Shown one piece after another: positions 1 through 11,308 of a stretch of 32,000 nucleotides of DNA; position 1 is the stretch's first letter, and each line of letters opens with the position of its first letter. Source of the DNA: Candidatus Saccharimonadota bacterium (GTDB taxonomy: Bacteria; Patescibacteriota; Saccharimonadia; Saccharimonadales; UBA4665); contig CP064992.1 in NCBI GenBank assembly GCA_016699935.1, forward strand, positions 180,001 through 212,000, written 5' to 3'. The position numbers and the translations under genes are program-made. The notes below the pieces were generated by a model. That model saw only the letters and a list, made by a program, of their open reading frames with translations, did not search any database and was not told the DNA's origin.

Positions 1-657
1 GTCCTGGTTGGTGAAAAATCTCCAAAATCTATATAGTTACCCTGTGCCGAATTACAATCTTCTGCTTGTATTGTATTTGCGACACAAAATAACAGATACG
101 GCGGGACAACAGATCTGACACTCACGCCATTAGGGAGAATAGCGTACGCAAGTCCAGAGCCGTCTCTATTCGTTCCAGTCGCATCGGTGCTGGCAAATGT
201 CTCAAGTCTCCCAAAGTACGTGTCTGCGGTTGAAGGATTCGTCACGCCAGCCAGTTCAAACGTAACTTGCCCGACTATGCTTGGTGCCGGAACACGAGTA
301 AGAATAAGCTCATTGGCGGTTGTAGTTGGGTGGATAGTAAAACCGCTCATGCCAGTTTGCGAAATAAGTGATGCGCCCAGGAAACTCAGACCCGCAGGGC
401 CAGTACAGGGAGCATCCACGAAAGGGTCCTCGACGCATATTTGAAGACGCACTGACCCCACGTTACCGGCAGATTGACCAGACAAGCTTATTTTATAATT
501 CGCCGTACTCCCAGCCTGTGCGGTGGAAATCTGTAGCCGCCGAGTTGCAAGGCTTAGCAGCCTCAATATAAGAAATGCGCAGCGGTCCTGTTACGCTGAG
601 TAACAAGACCGCTATGATACCGATGCTAGTTATTTTGTGCAGCCGGTTCAGGCGCAT
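1..657 (-). CDS. Secreted surface protein, third paralogue of the 682-3286 family. Only the N-terminal part is present because the gene runs off the window start. There is a frame break after the signal peptide.
   Basis: My own minus-strand translation. ATG at 657-655 is preceded by GGAGAA and gives MRLNRLHKITSIGIIAVLLLSV..., which stops at 495-493. A +1 frame is open from about 590 to position 1 and reads ...LQISTAQAGSTANYKISLSG...FELAGVTNPSTADTYFGRLETFASTDATG. This parallels SIQLSDSGPS...FEVTGVTNPSTLGSFFGRVTTYAND in the 409-aa protein. It is absent from the ORF track, probably because it is edge-truncated and frame-broken. Confidence 0.55.
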
Positions 658-681
658 TATTTCTCCTCTGAAAACTATTCT

Positions 682-1916
682 CTAGAATGTACCCACACCA
701 ATGAGGCTAAAGTTTTGACTGTATATACCTGCTGGAGTTGTCGGTGAGGCTACCGCAGCAAAGGTAATCGTATTATTCACACTATTAGCCTGCTTATCGT
801 CACCACCAGTCGTCTCAGCAATCTTACTGCCGTAGGTGCTGATGACGTTATCGTTTGCCGTGGCGGTGTCCATGAGGTAAGTACCACCAGCGCCAGCCCA
901 ACGAGTGACAGCTGTGTTTTCTCCTGTGAACCACCAGTTGCAGCCGTACCGTTACTGACGAAGGCACCGAATTCTGCAGTGTTGTTCGTGAAGGCGATTG
1001 ATGTCGCCGCGCCAGCGTTGACGGGAGGGATTTCACAGGTTGTGCCGCCATCTCGGCTCAGGCCACCATTACCGCCAGTACAGCTCGTGTTTGCTGCCCG
1101 TAGGTAGAGGGCGTAACCCTGTGAGGCATTCGTGGAAAGTTGAGTGTAAACATTCGCTGAGGCTGGAGTTGCTCCAGTATATCCTAGGACGTAGTCTGGT
1201 GACGAACCAAGAGTAATAGCTGGTGCTGTTGCTGAACCGCATGATCCTGCAGCCGTGAGGTTATTTGCATTGGTTACGGCCACACCGCCTGATGTACAGA
1301 GTGACAGTTGCTCCATGACACGAGCTGTGACCGTGATGGTGTTGACTGTGCTCATGGCAACACCACCGTAGTCGACGTAGTTACCGGTGCTGGTAGCACT
1401 TGCATATGTACCATATGTGTCGTTTGCATAGGTCGTAACACGACCAAAGAACGAACCAAGCGTGCTTGGATTGGTAAGACCAGTTACTTCAAAGGTGAAG
1501 GCACCAGCGGCTTGCGAGCTCGTGTTTGTAAAACGAAGGCGGCTTGCCGTCAGCGTTCCAAGAGACCAGGTGCCGTTCGCGGTCAGACTTGCTGTTGAAA
1601 CGTCCAGGTTCGTTGGTGCTGTACAGTTGTCGTTAATGAGCGGTGAGGCGCTACAAAAGTCAACGACAAAGCTTTGTACAGCAGCAGATGTCGTAAACTT
1701 AATTCTATATGCAACGCTGGTACCACTACCGACACCGCTTGGGATGTTGGAGTTGTTGCTTGGACCGGAATCGCTCATTTGGATAGAGCGGTAGGTGAGT
1801 TGGGCAGCGGAAGCCTTTTGATTTGATACGAACACGGGAGCAACTGCTCCAACGAGTATCGCCACAGCTGCAAATAACGCTGCTGGGCGCTTCAATGAGT
1901 TGCGAGTTATACTCAT
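682..1916 (-). CDS. Secreted T/S/N/G-rich surface protein, tandem paralogue 1 (about 410 aa). Frame break near 905-920.
   Basis: Joins ORFs 777-1991 and 682-873. The likely start is the ATG at 1916 (MSITRNSLKRP...), preceded by AAGGAG. It has a signal-peptide-like N-terminus ending ASAAQ. It is near-identical to 2057-3286 over about 1 kb. At 905-920 the sequence is ttcacaggagaaaac versus ttcgggtgaaaac in the paralogue. One missing G in a G-run would restore GGSQGENTAVT. Confidence 0.75.
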
Positions 1917-1982
1917 TATTTTTCTCCTTTTATAATTTGTTTGTTTTAGAGTTAACGAACGCACTATATCATGGTTATGTTT

Positions 1983-2014
1983 AAAAAACAAGCCCCTTTT
2001 TGCAAAGGGGCTTG
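1983..2014 (-). terminator. Rho-independent terminator after paralogue 2.
   Basis: Perfect 11-bp stem CAAGCCCCTTT / AAAGGGGCTTG (1989-2014) with a 4-nt loop. On the minus strand it is followed by a T-run (the A-run at 1983-1988 on plus). Confidence 0.7.
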
Positions 2015-2056
2015 TGTGGCTGTGGATAACTCGCCTTAGATGTAACTCGCAATCAT

Positions 2057-3286
2057 CTAGAACGTACCCACACCAATGAGGCTAAAATTCTGACTGTATA
2101 TACCAGCTGGCGTTACTGGTGATGCCACCGCAGCAAATGTGATAGTGTTATTGACACTATTAGCCTGCTTATCGTCACCGCCAGTCGTCTCAGCAATCTT
2201 ACTGCCGTAGGTACTGATGACGTTGTCATTTGCCGTAGCGGTGTCCATGAGGTAAGTACCACCAGTGCCAGCCCAACGAGTGACAGCTGTGTTTTCACCC
2301 GAACCACCAGTTGCAGCCGTACCGTTACTGACGAAGGCACCGAATTCTGCAGTGTTGTTCGTGAAGGCGATTGATGTCGCCGCGCCAGCGTTGACGGGAG
2401 GGATTTCACAGGTTGTGCCGCCATCTCGGCTCAGGCCACCATTACCGCCAGTACAGCTCGTGTTTGCTGCCCGTAGGTAGAGGGCGTAACCCTGTGAGGC
2501 ATTCGTGGAAAGTTGGGTGTAAACATTCGCTGAGGCTGGAGTTGCTCCAGTATATCCTAGGACGTAGTCTGGTGACGAACCAAGGGTAATAGCTGGTGCT
2601 GTTGCTGAACCGCATGATCCTGCAGCCGTGAGGTTATTGGCATTGGTTACGGCCACACCGCCTGATGTACAGAGTGACAGTTGCTCCATGACACGGGCTG
2701 TGACCGTGATGGTATTGACTGTGCTCATAGCAATACCACCGTAGTCGACGTAGTTACCAGTGCTGGTAGCACTTGCATATGTACCATATGTGTCATTTGC
2801 ATAGGTCGTAACACGACCAAAGAACGAACCAAGGGTGCTTGGATTGGTAACACCAGTTACTTCAAAGGTGAAGGCACCAGCGGCTTGCGAGCTCGTGTTT
2901 GTGAAACGAAGGCGGCTTGCCGTCAGTGTTCCAAGAGACCAGGTGCCGTTCGCGGTCAGACTTGCTGTTGAAACGTCCAGGTTCGTTGGTGCTGTACAGT
3001 TGTCGTTAATGAGCGGTGAGGCGCTACAGAAGTCAACGACAAAGCTTTGTACAGCCGAGGCAGTCGTAAACTTAATTCTATATGCAACGCTGGTACCACT
3101 ACCGACACCGCTTGGGATGTTGGAGTTGTTGCTTGGGCCGGAATCGCTCAGCTGGATAGAGCGAAGGGTCATTTGCGCTGCCGAGGCTACATTGTTTAGC
3201 AGTACCGGCGCAGCACTACCAACTACGATCGCCAGCGCCATGAGGGCGTTTGTCGGGCGTCGTAGCGACTTATAGTTGATATTCAT
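2057..3286 (-). CDS. Secreted T/S/N/G-rich surface protein, tandem paralogue 2 (409 aa, intact).
   Basis: Intact ORF with AAGGAG upstream of the ATG. The N-terminus (MNINYKSLRRPTNALMALAIVVGSAAPVLLNNVASAAQ) looks like a signal peptide. The mature part has almost no charged residues, contains paired Cys, and ends ...PAGIYSQNFSLIGVGTF. Confidence 0.85.
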   Translation of the reverse strand: MNINYKSLRRPTNALMALAIVVGSAAPVLLNNVASAAQMTLRSIQLSDSGPSNNSNIPSGVGSGTSVAYRIKFTTASAVQSFVVDFCSASPLINDNCTAPTNLDVSTASLTANGTWSLGTLTASRLRFTNTSSQAAGAFTFEVTGVTNPSTLGSFFGRVTTYANDTYGTYASATSTGNYVDYGGIAMSTVNTITVTARVMEQLSLCTSGGVAVTNANNLTAAGSCGSATAPAITLGSSPDYVLGYTGATPASANVYTQLSTNASQGYALYLRAANTSCTGGNGGLSRDGGTTCEIPPVNAGAATSIAFTNNTAEFGAFVSNGTAATGGSGENTAVTRWAGTGGTYLMDTATANDNVISTYGSKIAETTGGDDKQANSVNNTITFAAVASPVTPAGIYSQNFSLIGVGTF

Positions 3287-3439
3287 GTGTGTTTCTCCTT
3301 AGTGTTGTAAAGACTTAATTAATATTTACATCACTAAGATATCACCCATTTATGTAAATTACAAGCATGCGAAAAGAGAAAATTGATTGTTTGTTGTAAT
3401 AATTAATCATTATCGTTGTAAGAAATAATAGTATAGAAG

Positions 3440-4186
3440 TCAGAAGGTCGATGTCGCGACAACAGACTGATTGGTAGTATAGGTTCCGCCAGGAGTTATG
3501 GCAGTAATATTCATAATGTAAGAGATAGTGTAGTCGGTATACCCTGAACTCGACAGTGATTCGGCAATAACATCACCCGAAACATACTTATAGGTGTCGG
3601 GTGTATTGTAGCCAGTTGCATAGGTACCAAAAGAAAATGGTCCAGAGAGCGTACCGTCAGGTCGCTGTACAGGGTCGGCTCCAATATTTGGTGCTGTGTT
3701 ATCACGTAGATTAATACCAAATTGCTCGGTACCTGGGTTAATTGCGCCTGCCGTGGCAAGTGGTGTAATTGCATGACCAGAATTGGTTGGTGTAGAACCG
3801 TAGATCTGCACAACGTAGCCATGAGCTAGGTATGACTTTACGGTAAACGATGCGTAATCATAGCCAGTGCTCGTAGGCGTAATATCACCGAGGTTCACGG
3901 CCGATTTCGTGACATCGATTTCAAGCCATGGGATGCGGTCGGTATTAAACCCAGCTTGAGCTTGGAATTGGTTACCTTTAGTGTTCCCAACCGTCAGTTC
4001 GCCAGCCGACTGCTTTGAGCAGTAGCTGCCAGAGCAGGCGTTCAGTTCGCCACCAGTACCGAAGAATACCTCGTTAACCTGATAGCTAGAAGACGATGAT
4101 TGCTGCGCAAAGGTTACAGCAACCCCACAAGTAAGCGCAAATGCGACTGAGGTGAGCGAGAGACGAAACAGCGTTTGTATTTTCAT
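3440..4186 (-). CDS. Secreted 248-aa protein sharing the C-terminal module of the 409-aa paralogues.
   Basis: Intact ORF with a signal peptide (MKIQTLFRLSLTSVAFALTCGVAVTFAQQ). By-eye alignment: HGYVVQIYG / QGYALYLRA; ITPLATAGAINPGTEQFGINLRDN / IPPVNAGAATSIAFTNNTAEFGAFVSN; C-termini TPGGTYTTNQSVVATSTF / TPAGIYSQNFSLIGVGTF. Confidence 0.8.
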   Translation of the reverse strand: MKIQTLFRLSLTSVAFALTCGVAVTFAQQSSSSSYQVNEVFFGTGGELNACSGSYCSKQSAGELTVGNTKGNQFQAQAGFNTDRIPWLEIDVTKSAVNLGDITPTSTGYDYASFTVKSYLAHGYVVQIYGSTPTNSGHAITPLATAGAINPGTEQFGINLRDNTAPNIGADPVQRPDGTLSGPFSFGTYATGYNTPDTYKYVSGDVIAESLSSSGYTDYTISYIMNITAITPGGTYTTNQSVVATSTF

Positions 4187-4313
4187 AATATAAATCTACT
4201 CATGCTTATTTTCTCGCATTTTGTGTTTTGATGCAAACTTGGCAACAATATTATTCCTTTTACACAGCTCATGAGGTATGATAAGACAAGTATAAGCATA
4301 AGAGAAAACCAGT

Positions 4314-5312
4314 ATGGCAGACGACGAAACAAAGAATGGTGAGGATTCGAATAGTCTCGAATCGTCAGAAAGTAGTTCGTTAGAAGCGAGCGAGGGCAGT
4401 AATAGCCTCGAGAAAGATGCTGGTACAACTGGCAAAATTGACGACACGCCCCTTTCAGCCCAACAAAATGGCTCGTTTGCACAGCGCATTGTTAGCAAAG
4501 TAAACATTTATCTGTTGCTATTTATTTTTTTGCTGGCTATCGCTGGTGGCATTATACTCATAACCTATCTCAATAGTAAAAAACAGGAAAAAAGCACCAT
4601 ACAAACACAGTCGCTCAATAGCGATACCTTAAAACAGCTCGCCACAAGCGACGTTACCGTCGGCCAGCCGAAACAGATTTTGAGTGTCCAAAGCAACGCG
4701 GTGTTTGCGGGAAAAGTCCTTATTCGCGACAGCCTTGAGGTAGCTGGCCCAATTCAAGTAGGTGGTAGCTTGAGCGTACCAGGCATAACTGTTTCGGGGA
4801 ATAGCGTCCTTGAGCAACTTCAGATAAATAAGAATCTCAGTGTCCAAGGGGATGCCTCCATTCAGGGTCAGCTTGCCATTCAGAAAGGGTTGAGTGTTGC
4901 AGGGGGAGGAACGTTTGGCGGTTCACTAACGGCGCCCGGAATCACTGTGAATACGTTACAGCTAAACGGAAACTTAACTCTAACAAAACACATTGTTATT
5001 GGCGGATCTACTCCTGGCAGAGATACAGGCACGGCTCTTGGTGGTGGCGGTACGGTAGCATTGAGCGGTTCCGATACGGCGGGTAGTATAAACATTAATA
5101 CAGGTTCAGGTCCGGTAGCTGGCTGTTTTGCCACGGTTAATTTTACGCAGAAGTACAATACGACACCGAACGTCATTGCGACACCCATTGGCTCCAACGC
5201 CGCACTTGTCGGCTACTACGTGAACCGCAGCCCCTCGAATTTCAGCATCTGCGCCGCAAATAACCCGCCAGCAAACGCAAGCTTTGGTTTTGACTATTTC
5301 ATTGTGGAATAA
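4314..5312 (+). CDS. Single-pass membrane protein. It has an acidic S/E-rich cytoplasmic N-terminus, one TM helix, an extracytoplasmic short-repeat region (probably beta-helix or bactofilin-like) and a C-terminal globular domain.
   Basis: Intact 332-aa ORF, divergent from 3440-4186. TM segment: IYLLLFIFLLAIAGGIILITYL. Repeats of the type LSVPGITVSGNSVLEQLQINKNLSVQGDASIQGQLAIQKGLSVAGGGTFGGSLTAPGITVN. The fold assignment is inference only. Confidence 0.8.
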   Translation: MADDETKNGEDSNSLESSESSSLEASEGSNSLEKDAGTTGKIDDTPLSAQQNGSFAQRIVSKVNIYLLLFIFLLAIAGGIILITYLNSKKQEKSTIQTQSLNSDTLKQLATSDVTVGQPKQILSVQSNAVFAGKVLIRDSLEVAGPIQVGGSLSVPGITVSGNSVLEQLQINKNLSVQGDASIQGQLAIQKGLSVAGGGTFGGSLTAPGITVNTLQLNGNLTLTKHIVIGGSTPGRDTGTALGGGGTVALSGSDTAGSININTGSGPVAGCFATVNFTQKYNTTPNVIATPIGSNAALVGYYVNRSPSNFSICAANNPPANASFGFDYFIVE

Positions 5313-5401
5313 TCAGGCTGCAAACCCCTGCGTGGTATAAACACCCCCGTGAACGCCACTAGACGCGAGCGAATGAGAATGAGGCCTCGAGGAGTGGCTA
5401 A

Positions 5402-5723
5402 TTACACGTCTAAAAATACGACAACACTATCGGCTTTAACGTGCATAATGCCGTTTTGAATTCGAATCGTTTCTTCGCCTTTTTCGGTTCGCACCACAAT
5501 GTCGCAAGGGACAAGGAGGGTAATGAAGTTATGGTGCTGCTGCAGAATATCAAAAGGACCGGTTTGGTTCGCTGCGCTGATACTCTTGGCCTGTCCTCAA
5601 AATACACTTTGTACGGCGCATATATCTTGACGAACATCAATCCATTGCCCTCAGGTGAGCCGGAGTCACTTGGACTATCGTCGGATACGATTTCGCCCGT
5701 GCTTGCGTCTTGCCTGGTCGCCA

Positions 5724-5724
<1 letters not shown>
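5402..5724 (-). CDS. atpC: F1 ATP synthase epsilon subunit. Short form with the beta-sandwich only. Frame break near 5585.
   Basis: ORF 5410-5724, once re-framed after ...YFEDR, gives AKSISAANQTGPFDILQQHHNFITLLVPCDIVVRTEKGEETIRIQNGIMHVKADSVVVFLDV* (stop at 5402-5404). This matches the epsilon N-terminal domain pattern. It lies immediately downstream of atpD, with a GTG at 5724 overlapping the atpD stop, or an internal ATG (MFVKIYAPYK). No C-terminal helical hairpin is encoded. Confidence 0.7.
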
Positions 5725-8012
<2,288 letters not shown>

Positions 8013-8118
8013 CCGTCGCTCCCTCTGGTCGTTTTAGGGGGAAGGGCTAAGAGCAGAGGGCTGAGTTCAAGCTGTGCGATACCTTTGCCCTGTGCACTAT
8101 ATCCTAGACCGTGGTGAT
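8013..8118 (-). repeat. atp intergenic repeat, copy B (upstream of atpG).
   Basis: Homologous to 7040-7146. It ends in AGAGGGAGCGACGG followed by the atpG ATG. Confidence 0.7.
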
Positions 8119-8645
8119 TCATGGCTTTTTCTCCGGGATTACTGCATCCATAACGTGGCCTTTTGGTTGCTTGGCCTTTTGTTTTTCAAGCTCAACAGAC
8201 ATCATTTCATCAACCTTTTGCTCCTCGACTTTTTCGGGGTTTGTGCCCTCGGTCTTCGCCTCAGCTTTGGAGCCTTCATTGTTAGTGTCGTGCTTTTTAC
8301 GCCGAGTAATTTCTTGAATAACGGGTGAGATGGTTCGCCGGCATGAGCCTGCGCGACTGGGGTTACAGCCGCTGGTGGCTCTGCGTCAGGATTATCGCTT
8401 TCCTTTTTCTAAATCAGGTGCTAGTTGTACGGGTTCTTCAGAGGCCGTCTGCGCTTGAGTCTCCTTAGACTCTGCCGAACTACTAGTAATACCCCAGGGT
8501 CATTTTCTTGTTGGTCTTTTTCGGCCGACGTCTCTTTGGGAGCCGCCTCGTGCTGCTCACCTGAAGCAGCAGGGTCGCCTGGTGAATCCGCCTTTTTTTC
8601 TTCGGGCCCTTGGCCTTTGCTACGTCCTTAGTACCTTCAGCATTG
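8119..8645 (-). other. Purine-rich tract between the atpA core and repeat B. It may be a disordered K/E/D/A/P-rich C-terminal tail of atpA (needs about 5 frame corrections), a separate ORF, or non-coding.
   Basis: Minus-strand frames read, in pieces: [20 protein letters not shown] / KKADSPGDPAASGEQHEAAPKETSAEKDQQENDPG / ITSSSAESKETQAQTASEEPVQLAPDLEK / KESDNPDAEPPAAVTPVAQAHAGEPSHP / VIQEITRRKKHDTNNEGSKAEAKTEGTNPEKVEEQKVDEMMSVELEKQKAKQPKGHVMDAVIPEKKP*. Every junction lies at a homopolymer run. Confidence 0.4.
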
Positions 8646-10133
8646 TTACTTTCGGCATCTTTTGCCCGTCTGGTTTATCTGCTGTATGTTCTGTATCATC
8701 AGACGGCTTTGGTACGCCCTTGACACATTCGCCGACAAGCATATCGTGAACCTTTTGATAGTCATCGTCTTTTTTTCAACCTTTTTGGCAAAGTCGTTCG
8801 CATTGAGTTTTAGGGCATTGATATCCAATAGGGCACCATCTTCCAAGTTGAGCACAATATCGAGCATAAGCTGCTGTGCCATAAGTGAAAATGTGTCCCC
8901 GGAGCTTGTGTGAGAAGTTCAAATACTCGCTTGCCAGTGGCGAGCGCTTTTTGCCTCAGAACCAAGTTCGGAACCAAAGTGAGAAAACTCTTCTGCTTGA
9001 CGGTAACTAGCGAGCATTTTGAGCGTCTGTGCAGCAAGTTCTTTTTGCCGCTTGTTATGACCAACACCCCCTGCCCGGGTCACACTGAGGCCGATATTCA
9101 GCGCAGGACGAATACCGTTTCGGAACGTATCCATGTCGAGGATCCACTGGCCGTCGGTAATAGACATGATGTTTGTCGGCAAGTAGGCGGTGATATCGCC
9201 GTTTGCAGCATGCACCACCGGGATTGAAGTGAGACAACGGCCGGTGCTATCGAGACGACCAGCCCGCTCAAGGAGCGAGGAGTGAGCGTAAAACATGTCG
9301 CCAGGGTAGCTATCACGTCCCGGACTAACACCAGAGAGCAACGCAACTTCGCGGTAGGCGTGAGCATGGCTGGTGAGGTCATCATAGACGATGATAGTGT
9401 CTTGATCGCACTTCTGCCATAGGTATTCAGCCATAGCACAAGCGACATAGGGTGCAATGTAGCTCATGATAAGCGACTCAAACATGGTACTGACGACGAC
9501 GATTGCTTTTTCCATACCACCGTTCTCCTGGAGACGTGTCAGCAAAGTATCAACATCGCTACGTCGCTTGGCTATGAGGCAGTACACAACTATCTGGTCG
9601 GTGTTTTTTTGGTTTATCGCGAGCTGCGTGACTACCGTACTCTTACCAGATTTGCTATCCCCGAGGAGCGCCATGCGCTGCCCACGCACCATCGGAAACA
9701 GGGAATCGATGGCCGTCACGCCACTTTCAAGTTGATCCTCCACGAGTTTACGAGTATAGAGTGGCGGTGCAGTATTAAACACCGGCCAGACCGCGTCGGC
9801 TGGCACTGGCCCCTTGCCGTCCAGGGGGTCACCAGTCACAGAAACAACACGGCCGACAAAGTCCTTACCAACCTTACACACCAGTTCTTGGTGCTGTAAC
9901 ACGGCTACCGTACCAACATGGAGGGGTTCTGACCCAAGGTGGAGCACAAGCACATATTCTTCAAGCACTTGGTTAATAAAGCCCTTACTCCCATCTTCAA
10001 ACATAACGAGTGCATGGAGAGCAGATGGCTGTAGACCGCTCACCCGAATAAGGAATTTATCGACTGCTATAACTTCGCCGACTGGCTTACCCGATTCAAC
10101 CAGTTTCTCGAAATGCTGGTTGCTGAAACTCAT
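8646..10133 (-). CDS. atpA: F1 ATP synthase alpha subunit (core about 495 aa). Two frame breaks at about 8925 and about 8890.
   Basis: ORF 8919-10133 has Walker [10 protein letters not shown] and alpha-like sequence. Restoring one A in an A-run and one G in a G-run continues it as ...[47 protein letters not shown]...[16 protein letters not shown]. This resembles the ...LMQEINQTGG... segment near the E. coli AtpA C-terminus as I recall it. Confidence 0.95.
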
Positions 10134-10669
10134 GCTGGCGCCTCCACCGTCTGGGCTTGCGTTTCGGCTGTCGGTTGCGTATTGGACTCCCGGAGCCTTT
10201 TCATGAGTATTTCTCGTTTTTCGGTAAATGTTTTTCTCAGCGACATGTCGAAGTAGTGATTAGTTGTGCGTAGCACACAACCTGCACCGATTCCTGGCTG
10301 AAGACCAATTGCCACCAACACGTGTGGATGCACCTGTGTTCGTAACCATGTCGTCAGCTTCATGAGAAAGTCTGGGGTCGGATCGGCACTAAAGCTCATA
10401 TGAACCCTGGGAGCCTCTTTACGGAGCAACTTTAGGAATGCAAGCAAACTTGTACGAGCATGGGCATCACGTAAATCTAGTTTGTTTGTTTCAGCAAGCT
10501 GATCCATAAGTGCACTTAATTTTGGGAGCTGAACATAACTGCCGGTTCGAATTTTATCGCTCGAGAGCTTTGCCTCAAGCCGCTCAAGTTCACGAATTAG
10601 TCTACCAAGATCAATCATGCCAACAACCCCTACAGGTAAAACCGGTGCAGCCTGGGTCTCAGGCGCCAT
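10130..10669 (-). CDS. atpH: ATP synthase delta (OSCP-like) subunit.
   Basis: Intact 179-aa ORF with a 4-nt overlap onto the atpA start. The C-terminal part (...[31 protein letters not shown]...) fits the delta pattern (...GG..v..g....D.S.r..L). Operon position also fits. Confidence 0.8.
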   Translation of the reverse strand: MAPETQAAPVLPVGVVGMIDLGRLIRELERLEAKLSSDKIRTGSYVQLPKLSALMDQLAETNKLDLRDAHARTSLLAFLKLLRKEAPRVHMSFSADPTPDFLMKLTTWLRTQVHPHVLVAIGLQPGIGAGCVLRTTNHYFDMSLRKTFTEKREILMKRLRESNTQPTAETQAQTVEAPA

Positions 10670-11278
10670 GATTGATATCCTGAATTATGGCTTCACGATT
10701 CGCCTCTAGGTCAGCAAGGATGTACTCAAGTTGATCGTTCAAGTCAATTTGGTCACCTATGGCAGCGAGCACGTAGTGGTTGATTATATCCGTCATATTT
10801 TGCTCAAACCGTTCCACGAGCTGCTGCTTTTCAGCTACAATCTGTTGCTGCACCTGCTGACCGAGCTGAGCGCGTTGTTCTTCAATCGCAGTATTGGTTT
10901 TCTGGATCGAGTCGATGGCAAGCTGTTTGGCATCGTTGATTGACTGCTCGTACTTGGCAAATTCTTCTTTGAGATTTCGGGTAATCTCTTCCTTCATATA
11001 CTCGTTCAGTTGGCTCGTTGTCAGGCGCAAATCCTGCTGCAAGAACATAGCATTTTCAGAAATAATCTTCTCGAAGTGAAGTCTACCCCTGTTACGGAGC
11101 TCTTCCCGAAAGGTATCATTAAAAATGTGCTCGACGTCTTCTTCTGCCGCTTTTTCAATGTCTGAATTGTCATTATTCTTCTTTTTGTACCTACTGAGCC
11201 AAGTTTAATTGCCAACCATATGAAAGCAAGCGTCGCAGAAAACAGACTCCCTATTAGTGCCAGCTGCCAGATTGTCAT
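10659..11278 (-). CDS. atpF: ATP synthase b-like peripheral stalk subunit. Frame break near 11185.
   Basis: Joins ORFs 11021-11278 (TM helix MTIWQLALIGSLFSATLAFIWLAI) and 10659-11048 (long charged coiled-coil-like region). One missing A in an A-run links ...GSVGTKKKNNDNSDIEKAAEEDV... to ...ENAMFLQQDLRL. It overlaps the atpH start. Confidence 0.65.
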
Positions 11279-11308
11279 AGATTTGTCCCCACCTCTATAC
11301 GCTTGTGT

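Noticed and set aside
1308-3275. Plus-strand ORFs opposite the surface paralogues (1308-1598, 1462-1794, 2265-2480, 2681-2971, 2835-3275), plus the minus-strand alternate-frame ORFs 848-1051 and 2113-2424.
   Set aside because: These are shadow ORFs of the strongly supported minus-strand genes. They are duplicated only because the underlying DNA is duplicated. Their composition is Cys/Arg-rich and non-protein-like, and they have no start context.
8646-8790. My first reading shifted the atpA frame at the A-run near 8775, giving ...[31 protein letters not shown]... and making the disordered tail start there.
   Set aside because: The unshifted frame reads ...[16 protein letters not shown]. This matches the conserved ...LM..I.QTG... 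segment near the C-terminus of bacterial alpha subunits and gives a normal core length. Any tail can therefore only begin after about 8660.
8074-8913. Plus-strand ORFs 8074-8328, 8111-8317, 8425-8631 and 8662-8913 in the atp region.
   Set aside because: They are antisense to the atpA C-terminus and to the purine-rich tract. They are long only because the sense strand is stop-poor. Their sequences are low-complexity F/L/S/C-rich, and nothing in the surrounding operon supports a plus-strand gene.
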